In this document: positions 1-9,087 of the stretch, piece after piece
Numbering within the stretch: position 1 is the stretch's first letter
Layout of the letters: each line of letters opens with the position of its first letter
DNA from: an uncultured Gemmatimonadaceae bacterium
Lineage (GTDB): Bacteria; Gemmatimonadota; Gemmatimonadetes; Gemmatimonadales; Gemmatimonadaceae
Length of the DNA stretch: 40,075 bases
Direction: 5' to 3'
Assembly (NCBI GenBank): GCA_967720205.1
Contig: CBQVAZ010000001.1
Coordinates: 1-40,075 of the forward strand
Translations under genes and position numbers: made by a program
The notes under the pieces: generated by a model
What the model was told of the DNA's origin: nothing
Database searches by the model: none
Seen by the model: the letters and a program-made list of their open reading frames with translations, nothing else

Positions 1-95
1 TCCCCGATCACGAGCACGTGCACTTTGCGCGCTCGCTCCAGCAGATCGACGAGACGGGCTCTTTCGATTAGGGGCGTGTGAAGTTGGTCGGCCAT
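1..95 (-). CDS. 5' end of a PfkB/ribokinase-family (RfaE/heptose-7-phosphate-kinase-like) sugar kinase, partial; runs off the window
   Basis: The reverse complement reads ATG (95-93) MADQLHTPLIERARLVDLLERARKVHVLVIGD and stays open to the window edge. A '(K/R)VxVLVIGD' N-terminus is typical of PfkB-family kinases. Only 32 codons are visible. Confidence 0.35.
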   Translation of the reverse strand, partial: MADQLHTPLIERARLVDLLERARKVHVLVIG

Positions 96-172
96 GCCGG
101 GGGTCAACCTAGGGCGGGATGGCCGTGATGGTCAACGAGTGCAGGTTAGCGAGCTTCCGCCGTTAGTTTTGC

Positions 173-200
173 TTTGACCTTTGACCTTTGACCTCTGACC
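173..200. repeat. Tandem heptamer array TTTGACC x3 + TCTGACC
   Basis: Read directly: 173-179, 180-186 and 187-193 are TTTGACC, and 194-200 is TCTGACC. The unit is the same as in the array at 27903-27979 (GGTCAGA is the reverse complement of TCTGACC). Confidence 0.9.
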
Positions 201-272
201 ACTCCCTCATTAGACGTCGTCGTCACACGTGGCTCGATCGTCGAGTCGTACCATCGCGTCCACGCCGCTGTC

Positions 273-1208
273 GTGCGCGACGACGCCATCGTCTCGACCA
301 CGCGCGACCCGGGTCTCGTCGCCTCGTGGCGCTCATGCGCAAAGCCGTTTCAGGTCATGCCGTTCCTGGAAGAGGGCGGGCACACCACGCTCAATTGGGG
401 CGACGACCAACTCGCCCTCGCCTGCGCTTCACACGGCGGTGAACCGGAGCACATCGCGATCGCCAAGGCGATGCTCAAGGACATCGGGCTCGAGGAAGGG
501 GACCTCGCCTGCGGCGTGCACGAGCCGCTCTCCGCGCGCGGCGTGAAGATGCTGCGCGACGCGGGCCTGCGCCCGACGCGCCTGCATAACAACTGCTCCG
601 GCAAGCACTCGGCGATGCTCGCGCGCGCGCACCTGGCCGGCTGGTCCACGCACGGCTACGAGCGCGAAGGTCATCCCGTCCAGGAAGGATGCCTAACGAG
701 CGTCGCTGAATGGACCGGCGTGCCGCCGAGTGACATCGATCGTGGTGTCGATGGCTGTGGTGTGGTCGTCTTCAACCTTCCGTTGGAAGCGATGGCTCGC
801 GCCTACGCACGCTTCGCAGCTGCCGTCGCACGCGGCGAGCCTACGCCCACGCGCATATCAGCCGCGATGAGTGCGCGGCCATTCCTGGTCGGCGGCAGCG
901 ACCGGTTCGATACCGTGATCATCGAAGAAACGCGCGGCAACGTGATCGCCAAGATCGGCGCCGAGGGCGTTCACTGCGCGGCGGTCATCGATCAGGGGAT
1001 CGGCATCGCTGTAAAGGTCGAAGACGGTGCTGCACGCGCACAGTATCCGGCACTACTCGAGGTTCTGCGGCGCTTCGGCGTTTGTGATCCGCTACCCGCG
1101 CGGCTTGTCGATTTCGCGCGCCCGAAGATTCGCAACACGCGAGGCGAGAACGTTGGTGAGGTCTGTCTGGCTTCCGCGAGCACCGCGGGTGCCGCGGCGC
1201 TGCGTTAG
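273..1208 (+). CDS. Asparaginase-family protein (L-asparaginase II type)
   Basis: ORF track 273..1208. The product resembles the Rhizobium-type asparaginase family (CSGKH, GAEGV segments). Family-like N-terminal sequence (DVVVTRGSIVESYHRVHAAVV) continues in frame upstream to the stop at 189-191. The true start is therefore probably upstream of 273, and the only candidate there is CTG at 195. Confidence 0.7.
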   Translation: MRDDAIVSTTRDPGLVASWRSCAKPFQVMPFLEEGGHTTLNWGDDQLALACASHGGEPEHIAIAKAMLKDIGLEEGDLACGVHEPLSARGVKMLRDAGLRPTRLHNNCSGKHSAMLARAHLAGWSTHGYEREGHPVQEGCLTSVAEWTGVPPSDIDRGVDGCGVVVFNLPLEAMARAYARFAAAVARGEPTPTRISAAMSARPFLVGGSDRFDTVIIEETRGNVIAKIGAEGVHCAAVIDQGIGIAVKVEDGAARAQYPALLEVLRRFGVCDPLPARLVDFARPKIRNTRGENVGEVCLASASTAGAAALR

Positions 1209-1253
1209 GCAACTTCCACCACGCGGCGCCAAGTATCAGGTCGCAATGATTCG

Positions 1254-1907
1254 ATGACGTCTTCCAAACCCACATCGACTACTGTGCCAGCGCTCAACGC
1301 TGAGCTGCGCGCACTGGTAAGGCTGGCCGGTGCAATCTGTGGCTCGTCAACCAGCGTGGTGCGCACCGCACTCGAAGACGCTGTGCGATCGGTCCGTCCG
1401 GTCTGGGCGGAGGAGGTGATTCTTCAGTCGTATCTGTTCGCGGGCTTTCCGCGCACGCTCAATGCGATGCGTGAATGGCGTCGTGCGTCGGGTCGAGCCG
1501 TGCAAGCAGATGCGCTTGTCGAGAATTGGGATGACGTCGCGGAATGGACGCGTCGTGGCGAGGAGACATGTCGTGCCGTGTACGGCTCGCACTATGAGAA
1601 ACTGCGAGAGAACATCCGGGCGCTGCATCCCGCGCTCGACGCGTGGATGATCACCGAGGGCTACGGCAAGGTGCTTTCGCGCGGCGCGCTCGATCTACTC
1701 GTGCGCGAGCTGTGCATTGTGGCGGCGTGTGCGGTGTCGGGCCAGGAGCGTCAACTGCGCTCGCACTTGCTTGGCGCGCGGAACGTCGGCGCGAGCGCCG
1801 CGCAGATCGAAGGTACGCTCGATGCGATTGCGGATCTTATGTCGGAGCGTGATGCGCGTGAGGCAAAGAGCCTTTGGCAGCGACTCCAAGTCGTGGTCTT
1901 AGGCTGA
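1254..1907 (+). CDS. Carboxymuconolactone decarboxylase (AhpD-like) family protein
   Basis: 217-aa ORF with an ATG start. The helical sequence has a CMD-like C-terminal half (ELCIVAACAVSGQERQLRSHLLGARNVGAS). Assigned by family resemblance only. Confidence 0.5.
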   Translation: MTSSKPTSTTVPALNAELRALVRLAGAICGSSTSVVRTALEDAVRSVRPVWAEEVILQSYLFAGFPRTLNAMREWRRASGRAVQADALVENWDDVAEWTRRGEETCRAVYGSHYEKLRENIRALHPALDAWMITEGYGKVLSRGALDLLVRELCIVAACAVSGQERQLRSHLLGARNVGASAAQIEGTLDAIADLMSERDAREAKSLWQRLQVVVLG

Positions 1908-1932
1908 CACCCAACTCCAACCCCTAACCATT

Positions 1933-2952
1933 GTGTTTTTAGACCGTGTCATCGTTAGGGTCGAGGCCGGAACCGGTGGGAGTGGTGCGTCGTCCTTCCG
2001 TCGCGAGACGTACGTCCCCATGGGCGGGCCCGACGGCGGCGACGGCGGTCGCGGCGGCGACATCATCGCGCGTGGAGACAACAATCTCGCGACGCTGCTC
2101 GACTACACATACAAAGACCAGTGGGTCGCCGAGCGCGGTCAACATGGCAAGGGCGCAAACAAGACGGGGAAGTCCGGAGCCGACGTCGTGCTTCCCGTCC
2201 CGGTGGGCACCGTTATCCGCGACGCAAACAGCGCCGAATGGTTAGGCGAAATCCTCGAGTCCGGCGCCGAGATCATCGTTGCGCGTGGCGGCCGCGGTGG
2301 CCGCGGCAATGCGTTCTTTGTTACCGCCACGCACCAGTCCCCACGCGAATGGCAGCCAGGGGAAGAGGGACAGAAGCGCACGCTGGAGCTGGAGCTCAAG
2401 CTCATCGCCGACGTCGGTCTGGTCGGTGAGCCTAACGCCGGCAAATCCACGCTGCTGTCTGTCATCTCGGCGGCGCGTCCCAAGATCGCCGATTATCCGT
2501 TCACGACACTCGTTCCAAACCTTGGAGTCGTGCAGCTCTCAGATCACCGCACGTTCGTCGTCGCCGACATCCCGGGCATCATCGAGGGTGCGCACGAAGG
2601 GAAAGGACTCGGCCTGCGATTCTTGCGACACATCGAGCGCACGCGTCTGCTCGCGTTTCTCATTCCGGTCGATTCGCTGGATTGGCAGGAAGAGTACAAG
2701 CGGCTGCGTCACGAGATCGCCAGCTACTCGCCGGAGCTAGCCGAGAAGCCACACTGCGTCGTGTTCACGAAGATGGATTTGTTAGGCGGTGACCCGCCTC
2801 CCGAGATCGACGCGTCCGGCGCGTTCGGCGTATTCGCGATCAGCGCCGCGGCACGCACGAGTCTCGACACCTTACTCGCCGCGTGGTGGACGAAGCTGCT
2901 GCAACTGCGCGCTGACGCAGAGAAGGCGAGTCGTGCAGACGCCGTCCTCTAA
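1933..2952 (+). CDS. obg: GTPase Obg/CgtA
   Basis: N-terminal Gly-rich Obg fold (GGDGGRGGDII, ARGGRGGRGN), G1 motif GEPNAGKST, and DIPGIIEGA. Confidence 0.93.
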   Translation: MFLDRVIVRVEAGTGGSGASSFRRETYVPMGGPDGGDGGRGGDIIARGDNNLATLLDYTYKDQWVAERGQHGKGANKTGKSGADVVLPVPVGTVIRDANSAEWLGEILESGAEIIVARGGRGGRGNAFFVTATHQSPREWQPGEEGQKRTLELELKLIADVGLVGEPNAGKSTLLSVISAARPKIADYPFTTLVPNLGVVQLSDHRTFVVADIPGIIEGAHEGKGLGLRFLRHIERTRLLAFLIPVDSLDWQEEYKRLRHEIASYSPELAEKPHCVVFTKMDLLGGDPPPEIDASGAFGVFAISAAARTSLDTLLAAWWTKLLQLRADAEKASRADAVL

Positions 2953-3832
2953 CGCCTCAGCGACCAACTGCAACGCATCGATAATCGCCGCAGATGACGA
3001 GCGGTACCCCGCGATGCTGCGCACACTGCGCGACCCACCCCCTCGTATCTTCACGCTAGGCAACACAACGCTGCTTTCGCAGACGGCCGTTGCAATCGTA
3101 GGAACTCGCAATGCTACGGCCTATGGCCTCCGCACTACCAAGAACATCGCGAGCGCTTTGGCTCGCTCCGGCGTTGTGATCGTGAGTGGAATGGCCCGCG
3201 GCATCGATGCCGCAGCGCATGAAGCCGCACTCGATGCGAACGGTCCGACCATCGCCGTACTCGGCACAGGCGTCGACGTGCCGTATCCAGCGAGCCACCG
3301 GGCCCTGCACGCGCGCATTGCCAAACACGGTCTCATTATGTCGGAGTTGCCCTGCGGCGCACGCGCTCATCGCGGATCTTTTCCTCGGCGCAATCGACTG
3401 ATCGCAGGGCTCGCTCGCGCGGTGATCGTGACGGAAGCTCCCGTGAAGAGCGGCGCGCTGATCACAGCCAACGTTGCCAACGATATCGGGCGTGACGTCG
3501 GCATGGTGCCGGGGAACATCGATTCGCCGGCGAGTGAAGGGAGCAATCGCCTGCTGCGCGACGGTGCCACGCCGATCTTGAGCCTGGCTGACGCGCTCAC
3601 GTTAGGCGGCGTCTCAGCAGATGCTACCGCGGCCGTGCGCCCGAATGCCGCCGAGCTGACAGAAGACGCGCAATTGCTTTGGCGTGCGCTATCCGCCAGC
3701 GGCCCGCTCTCTGCCGACGCACTCGCCCGAGCGGGCGGGCTCGAGGCGCGTCGCGCTGGACCTGCGCTGGCCGCGCTGGAGATCGCGGGATGGGTCGAGA
3801 TCGATCATGCCGGAGTGATCTTCGCCAAGTAG
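2933..3832 (+). CDS. dprA: DNA-processing protein DprA
   Basis: DprA Rossmann core (IVGTRNATAYG, VVIVSGMARGIDAAAHEAAL, FPRRNRLIAGL). The track ORF starts at 2789, inside obg. The in-frame GTG at 2933 gives a 20-nt overlap and a normal N-terminus, but the start remains uncertain. Confidence 0.85.
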   Translation: MQTPSSNASATNCNASIIAADDERYPAMLRTLRDPPPRIFTLGNTTLLSQTAVAIVGTRNATAYGLRTTKNIASALARSGVVIVSGMARGIDAAAHEAALDANGPTIAVLGTGVDVPYPASHRALHARIAKHGLIMSELPCGARAHRGSFPRRNRLIAGLARAVIVTEAPVKSGALITANVANDIGRDVGMVPGNIDSPASEGSNRLLRDGATPILSLADALTLGGVSADATAAVRPNAAELTEDAQLLWRALSASGPLSADALARAGGLEARRAGPALAALEIAGWVEIDHAGVIFAK

Positions 3833-3833
3833 C

Positions 3834-4964
3834 TTGAACGGTGTGAGCAGCACCGCTCGTCACCTTTATGTGCACGTGCCGTTTTGCGCGCGGCGCTGCT
3901 CCTATTGCGACTTTGCCATCGCTGTGCGCCGCGACCTCCCCGTGCAACACTATGTGGACGCGCTTGGCGCCGAGCTGTCGCTGCGTCTCGGGGCCGGCGC
4001 GCTCGAAGTCGACACGATCTATCTCGGCGGTGGCACGCCCTCGATCCTCGGATCTGACGGCGTTACTGCGCTGCTCACGCTCCTCAGACGATACGTCAGC
4101 GACGCACCTAACGCCGAAGTCACAATCGAAGCGAATCCTGAAGACGTTAGTCAAAACGCCGTGCGCCAGTGGCGTGAGATTGGCGTCACGCGTGTCTCGT
4201 TAGGTATCCAGTCCTTCGAGCCTCGCGTGCTGGAATGGATGCACCGGGTGCACGACGCCGCGACGGCACGGCACGCCGCCGGCATCATCGCGAACGCCGG
4301 CTTCGCGTCCTGGTCGCTGGACCTCATCTTCGCGCTTCCTGACCACCTGGAGCGCGACTGGCAACGCGATCTCGATCAAGCGCTCGCGCTCGATCCGCCA
4401 CACATCTCGGCGTACGGCCTAACGGTTGAGCCGCATACTGCGCTCTCGAAATGGGTCGCGCGAGGAGCCGTGACCGATACACCCGAAGAGCGATACGAGA
4501 ACGAATTCCTTGTGACGCACGAGCGACTCGTGGCGGCCGGCCTCGAACACTACGAAGTGTCGAACTATGGAAGGGCGGGCCACGAGAGCAGGCACAACTC
4601 CGCCTATTGGTCCAAGGCGCCGTACATCGGTGTTGGACCGTCTGCGCATTCGTTCGATGGACGTGAGCGGCGCTGGAACGCACGCGAATACCAGGCATGG
4701 GCCGCCCAAGCGGCAGCAGGCAGCGATCCTCTGGCAGGAAACGAGGTATTAACAGCCGAGCAGCGGTTCCTGGAGGATTTGTACCTCGGACTTCGCTCGT
4801 CCAGCGGTCTCAGCGTTGACCAGGTTCAGCCAGAGATCGTCGAGAAATGGCGGGAACAAGGGTGGGCTCAGGCTGAGCGCTCGCGCGTGCGCCTTACGCC
4901 GCAGGGTTGGCTGAGGCTCGACGCCCTCGTCTCAGCCTTGACCGCTTACTCAAACCATTGCTAG
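3834..4964 (+). CDS. hemW: Radical SAM heme chaperone HemW / oxygen-independent coproporphyrinogen-III oxidase-like
   Basis: CxxxCxxC radical SAM motif (HVPFCARRCSYCDF), about 376 aa, located upstream of hrcA as in many bacteria. Confidence 0.88.
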   Translation: MNGVSSTARHLYVHVPFCARRCSYCDFAIAVRRDLPVQHYVDALGAELSLRLGAGALEVDTIYLGGGTPSILGSDGVTALLTLLRRYVSDAPNAEVTIEANPEDVSQNAVRQWREIGVTRVSLGIQSFEPRVLEWMHRVHDAATARHAAGIIANAGFASWSLDLIFALPDHLERDWQRDLDQALALDPPHISAYGLTVEPHTALSKWVARGAVTDTPEERYENEFLVTHERLVAAGLEHYEVSNYGRAGHESRHNSAYWSKAPYIGVGPSAHSFDGRERRWNAREYQAWAAQAAAGSDPLAGNEVLTAEQRFLEDLYLGLRSSSGLSVDQVQPEIVEKWREQGWAQAERSRVRLTPQGWLRLDALVSALTAYSNHC

Positions 4965-4974
4965 GTTTGCACTT

Positions 4975-6024
4975 ATGCCACGTCCCGAGCTCTCGGATCG
5001 CGAACGCCGCGTGCTCGAAGCAGTAATCCAGTCTTACGTGGAAACTGCCGAGCCTGCAGGGTCGCGCAATATTGCGCGACGGTTCGGCCTGGGCGTCTCT
5101 CCCGCCACGATCCGCAACACAATGAGCGATCTGGAGGAAAAAGGCTTTCTCTATCATCCGCACACGTCGGCGGGTCGAGTGCCCACCGACCTGGCGTATC
5201 GCATCTACGTCGACTCACTGACGCGACGAGCCGGCGCGACGGCCGCCGAAACAGGCCGCCTGACCGACGAGCTAGGCGGCGTTGGCCCATCTTCGACAAT
5301 CGCAACGATTCTGCGACGCGCCGCGCAGAGCTTGTCGGTCGTATCGCAGGAGCTGGGCGTGGCGTTAGGCCCGCGACTGGATCACGCAGTCCTGCAGCGG
5401 CTCGAGCTGACGCGACTGTCGCACGAGCGTCTGCTGCTCGTTCTGACGCTCCAGGCCGGGGGCGTGCGCACGATTTTCGTCGAGGTTGGCGGACAGATCG
5501 CCGATAGCGCCGTCGCTGAAGTCGCCCACGTACTCAACGAACGTCTCGCCGGCCTTTCCCTCTCGGAAATCCGCACCACGCTGGCGTCGCGGGTGCGCGA
5601 TTCCGCGCCATCGCGCGATGCGCATGAGCTGCTCAACGTCTTCGTGCAGGAAGGGGACGTTCTCTTCGATGTCCCGCTGGTCCCGGACGATGACGCCGTT
5701 GTGCTAGGGCAGACGTCGGTGCTCGCTGAACAGCCCGAATTCGCGAGCGGCGATAACATGCGGCGACTGATCGCGCTGACAGATCGGCAGGAACAGTTGG
5801 CCGAGATGCTGCGTCGGCGCAGTGAAAGCTCAGGCATTTCGATTACTATTGGGAACGAACACGCCGATCCACGAATGGAGCACCTGACGCTAGTCACCGC
5901 GTCGTACCACGCGGGTCCGCTTTCGGGCGTGATCGGTGTGATCGGCCCGACTCGCATGCCGTACGAGAAGGTGATCGCGCTCGTTAGGCACGCCTCGCAA
6001 CTGGTTTCCGAAGTCCTGCAATAA
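4975..6024 (+). CDS. hrcA: Heat-inducible transcription repressor HrcA
   Basis: N-terminal winged helix (LSDRERRVLEAVIQSYVETAEPAGSR) and C-terminal GVIGVIGPTRMPY, both typical of HrcA. Confidence 0.92.
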   Translation: MPRPELSDRERRVLEAVIQSYVETAEPAGSRNIARRFGLGVSPATIRNTMSDLEEKGFLYHPHTSAGRVPTDLAYRIYVDSLTRRAGATAAETGRLTDELGGVGPSSTIATILRRAAQSLSVVSQELGVALGPRLDHAVLQRLELTRLSHERLLLVLTLQAGGVRTIFVEVGGQIADSAVAEVAHVLNERLAGLSLSEIRTTLASRVRDSAPSRDAHELLNVFVQEGDVLFDVPLVPDDDAVVLGQTSVLAEQPEFASGDNMRRLIALTDRQEQLAEMLRRRSESSGISITIGNEHADPRMEHLTLVTASYHAGPLSGVIGVIGPTRMPYEKVIALVRHASQLVSEVLQ

Positions 6025-6027
6025 TCC

Positions 6028-7170
6028 ATGGCCGATTTCTACAAGACCCTCGGCGTCTCGCGCGACGCGTCGGACGACGACGTCAAGAAGGCGTACCGCA
6101 AGCTTGCGGTGAAATACCACCCCGATCGCAATGGTGGCTCGCACGATTCCGAGGAGAAGTTCAAGGCAATTACGGAAGCGTACGACGTGTTGCGCGATCC
6201 GCAGAAGCGTGCCGCGTACGATCGCTACGGCGAGGAAGGGCTTCGCAGTGGTGGCATGCCAGGAGGCTTCCACCACGTCGATCTCAGCGAAGCGCTCAAC
6301 ATCTTCATGCGCGACTTCGGCGGCTTCGCCGGAGGGTTGGGCGATCTTTTTGGGAGCGCGCGCCGCTCGTCAGGCGGTCCGCGTGCCGGTGCCGACGTAA
6401 AGGTCACGATCGAGTTGACGTTGCCTGAGGTGGCAACTGGTATCACCAAGACCGTCACGGCTAAGCTGCTCGATCCTTGCGATGCGTGCTCCGGCTCGGG
6501 TGCGGAAGCCGGAACCAAACCACATCGCTGTCAGACATGCGCCGGCAGCGGCGAAGTACGCCGCGCGGAGCGCTCGTTCTTCGGCCAGTTCGTGAGCGTC
6601 GTGCCGTGTCCGACGTGTTCCGGCGAAGGCGTGGTGATCGGCGCCGTCTGCAAGAAGTGCCGTGGCGAGGGACGCATCCGCGGCGAGCACACGATCCCGA
6701 TTCAGATCCCTGCGGGTGTCGCGACAGGTCAGTACATGACGCTTCGCTCCGTCGGTAATGCGGGTCCTCGCGGTGGACCGCGCGGGGACGTTCTCGTCGT
6801 GTTCGACGTGCTCGACGATCCACGCTTCGAGCGCGACGGTGAAGATCTCTACACCGAAGTTCTCGTGTCCTATCCGCAGCTCGTGTTAGGCGCGGACGTC
6901 GAGGTACCTGCTGTGCACGGCACACTGCGCGTGCGTATCCCAGCTGGGACGCAGAGCGGTCAGATGCTGCAGCTGCGCAGCCGAGGTCTGCCACGGGTGA
7001 ACGGTGGTGGCATCGGCGATCTGCACGTGCGCGTGCAGCTCTGGACGCCGAGCTCCCTCGCGCCGGAAGAAGAGGCACTCATCGCGCAGCTCGCGACGAT
7101 GCAGCGCGTGCCGGATCAGCCACGCGAAAAGGGATTCTGGACACGTATGAAGGAAGCGTTAGGCGCGTGA
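6028..7170 (+). CDS. dnaJ: Molecular chaperone DnaJ
   Basis: J domain (DFYKTLGV ... YHPDRN), a Gly-rich linker, and four CxxCxGxG zinc-finger repeats. Confidence 0.95.
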   Translation: MADFYKTLGVSRDASDDDVKKAYRKLAVKYHPDRNGGSHDSEEKFKAITEAYDVLRDPQKRAAYDRYGEEGLRSGGMPGGFHHVDLSEALNIFMRDFGGFAGGLGDLFGSARRSSGGPRAGADVKVTIELTLPEVATGITKTVTAKLLDPCDACSGSGAEAGTKPHRCQTCAGSGEVRRAERSFFGQFVSVVPCPTCSGEGVVIGAVCKKCRGEGRIRGEHTIPIQIPAGVATGQYMTLRSVGNAGPRGGPRGDVLVVFDVLDDPRFERDGEDLYTEVLVSYPQLVLGADVEVPAVHGTLRVRIPAGTQSGQMLQLRSRGLPRVNGGGIGDLHVRVQLWTPSSLAPEEEALIAQLATMQRVPDQPREKGFWTRMKEALGA

Positions 7171-7997
7171 GCTGGTCGGCGGTTCGCATACTGCCGAGCG
7201 AAAGCCAAGCGGGCCGCGACGCGATCGTCGCGGCCCTTTTTGCGTGCGGTGCACAGGCCGTTGTCGAAGACGGTCCTGCAATCGTCACTCACTTTCGAGT
7301 AACGTCCGACCTCGCACCGATCCGCTCGGCGATTCTCGCAGCCGACCCCGGCGCGACCATAACTGATGCGGCGATCGGCGATGAAGACTGGAGCGTTGCG
7401 TGGCGCTCGCGGGTGAAGGCGCATGACGCTGGGTCGTTCACCGTTACGCCGCCCTGGCTCGCTGACGCGTTCGATCCGGCCCGGACAATCGTGATCGATC
7501 CGGGTATGGCGTTCGGCACCGGTGACCACGCGAGCACCCGCGGCGTTCTGCGTCTCCTGCCTCGAATGCTCCAGCGGGGCGATGTCGTGGCGGATCTTGG
7601 TGCGGGGAGCGCCGTTCTATCCATCGCTTCGGCCAAACTCGGCGCTGCGCGCGTGTATGCGATCGAATCCGATCCTGATGCGTTCGGCAACGCGACGACG
7701 AATGTGAGCATGAATGGCGTTCAGGAATCGGTGCATCTCATCGAAGGTGATGCGTTCGCGCTTTTGCCACTTGTTGCGCCGGTGCAACTGATTCTCGCGA
7801 ACATCATCTCGTCTGTTCTCATCGAACTGTTGCCGATCATCAAGGACTCGCTGACGCGAGATGGCCGCGCCATTTTGAGCGGTGTGCTCTCGAGCGAAAA
7901 ACTCGAACTCACTCGAGTGCTCGAGGCAAACAACTGGCAGATACTCGACGAGTGGAGCGAGGACGACTGGTGGACGGTGGCAACGGCAGCGGCTTAG
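7167..7997 (+). CDS. prmA: Ribosomal protein L11 methyltransferase
   Basis: PrmA layout with the SAM motif VADLGAGSAVLSIASAKLGA. The GTGA overlap with dnaJ and the dnaJ-prmA-rsmE order are conserved synteny. Confidence 0.85.
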   Translation: MSWSAVRILPSESQAGRDAIVAALFACGAQAVVEDGPAIVTHFRVTSDLAPIRSAILAADPGATITDAAIGDEDWSVAWRSRVKAHDAGSFTVTPPWLADAFDPARTIVIDPGMAFGTGDHASTRGVLRLLPRMLQRGDVVADLGAGSAVLSIASAKLGAARVYAIESDPDAFGNATTNVSMNGVQESVHLIEGDAFALLPLVAPVQLILANIISSVLIELLPIIKDSLTRDGRAILSGVLSSEKLELTRVLEANNWQILDEWSEDDWWTVATAAA

Positions 7998-8764
7998 CAG
8001 CTTTTTTCTGCGCCGATGAGGCGCTGGAACCTGGCGCGACGATCTCGTTAGGCGAGGGGGTCGCGCGGCACATGCGCGTGCTGCGTCTGTCCATCGGCAG
8101 CCGCGTAACCGTACTCGACGGCATAGGGCATCGCGCGCAGGGTCGCGTCACGAAAACGGGAACGTCGTCGGCGACGATCGAGATCGACGAAGTGCTGGCG
8201 CACTTGCCGCCACCGAGCGTGCATCTCCTGGTTCCGATCGCTGATCGCGACCGAATGCTCTGGTTAGGCGAGAAGGTTGCCGAGCTTGGGACCACGAGTT
8301 GGCGGCCGGTGCTCTGGCGCCGCTCGCGCAGTGTGAAACCGCGCGGCGAAGGGATGATGTTCCAGGGACGTTTGCGTGCGCGCATGGTGAGCGCGCTGGA
8401 GCAAAGCGCGGGGACGTGGCTCCCACAGCTTTACCCAGATGCGTCGCTCGATCGCGCGCTCACGGCGCTGCCACAGGGGTTGCGTCTCGTGCTCGATCCA
8501 GGTGCGGAGGCGAGCATCGCGTCGCTCGCAAACATTTCCGCACCAGTGACAATTGCAGTCGGTCCTGAAGGCGGTCTCGAGGCGAGTGAAATCGCGACCC
8601 TCGCCGCGGCTCACTTCCAGCCGGTGAGACTGGGGGGCAATATCCTTAGGTTCGAGACAGCAGCGATAGCGGCGTTAGCGATTGTCCGGTCGCTGCTCGA
8701 CGCACCGAATACCGCCTCGCCCCCATCCGATGTCGCCGACATGTCTATTCTGCAAAATCGTTAG
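7952..8764 (+). CDS. rsmE: 16S rRNA (uracil1498-N3)-methyltransferase RsmE
   Basis: RsmE-like (FFCADEAL ... HMRVLRL; C-terminal GPEGGL ... LGGNILRFETA). The start is uncertain (GTG 7952 or GTG 7970), and both overlap the end of prmA. Confidence 0.82.
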   Translation: MERGRLVDGGNGSGLAAFFCADEALEPGATISLGEGVARHMRVLRLSIGSRVTVLDGIGHRAQGRVTKTGTSSATIEIDEVLAHLPPPSVHLLVPIADRDRMLWLGEKVAELGTTSWRPVLWRRSRSVKPRGEGMMFQGRLRARMVSALEQSAGTWLPQLYPDASLDRALTALPQGLRLVLDPGAEASIASLANISAPVTIAVGPEGGLEASEIATLAAAHFQPVRLGGNILRFETAAIAALAIVRSLLDAPNTASPPSDVADMSILQNR

Positions 8765-9071
8765 GAAGGAGATCCCGGCGCAGATCATCGCCGAGGATGA
8801 GCACTGCATCGCGTTTCGTGACATCAGTCCGCAAGCGCCGGTGCACGTCCTGGTGGTCCCGCGCGAGCACGTCGATTCGCTGGCGCACGCGAAGGATGCG
8901 ACAGCGCTCGGGAGAGTCCTGTTGATGGCGGCGGAGGTGGCGCGCGCGGAACGGATTACCGATGGCGGGTATCGTACGGTTCTAAATACGAATGCCGGGG
9001 CGGGACAGACCGTCTTTCATCTTCATGCGCATGTGTTAGGCGGAAGAAAGATGACCTGGCCGCCAGGCTAG
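8730..9071 (+). CDS. HIT-family (histidine triad) nucleotide hydrolase
   Basis: MSPTCLFCKIV N-terminus and the histidine triad HLHAHVLGG. I chose ATG 8730 over the track start at 8682; it overlaps the rsmE end by 35 nt. Confidence 0.85.
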   Translation: MSPTCLFCKIVRKEIPAQIIAEDEHCIAFRDISPQAPVHVLVVPREHVDSLAHAKDATALGRVLLMAAEVARAERITDGGYRTVLNTNAGAGQTVFHLHAHVLGGRKMTWPPG

Positions 9072-9087
9072 ATCGGGGCAATGGAAC

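Noticed and set aside
2789-2932. Track-predicted N-terminal extensions that overlap upstream genes or repeats: dprA from 2789, HIT from 8682, DUF4159 from 9081, rpsU from 10098, rex from 23355, MBL from 25436, infC from 26612, rny from 32278, nadK from 39073.
   Set aside because: The extensions lack family-like sequence. They overlap the preceding gene, a repeat, an operator or a terminator, and better-placed in-frame starts exist. The starts remain predictions.
4940-4975. Searched for a CIRCE element (TTAGCACTC-N9-GAGTGCTAA) upstream of hrcA and dnaJ.
   Set aside because: The sequence there (GCTTACTCAAACCATTGCTAGGTTTGCACTTATG) is not an inverted repeat and does not match CIRCE. It is reported only as an absence.
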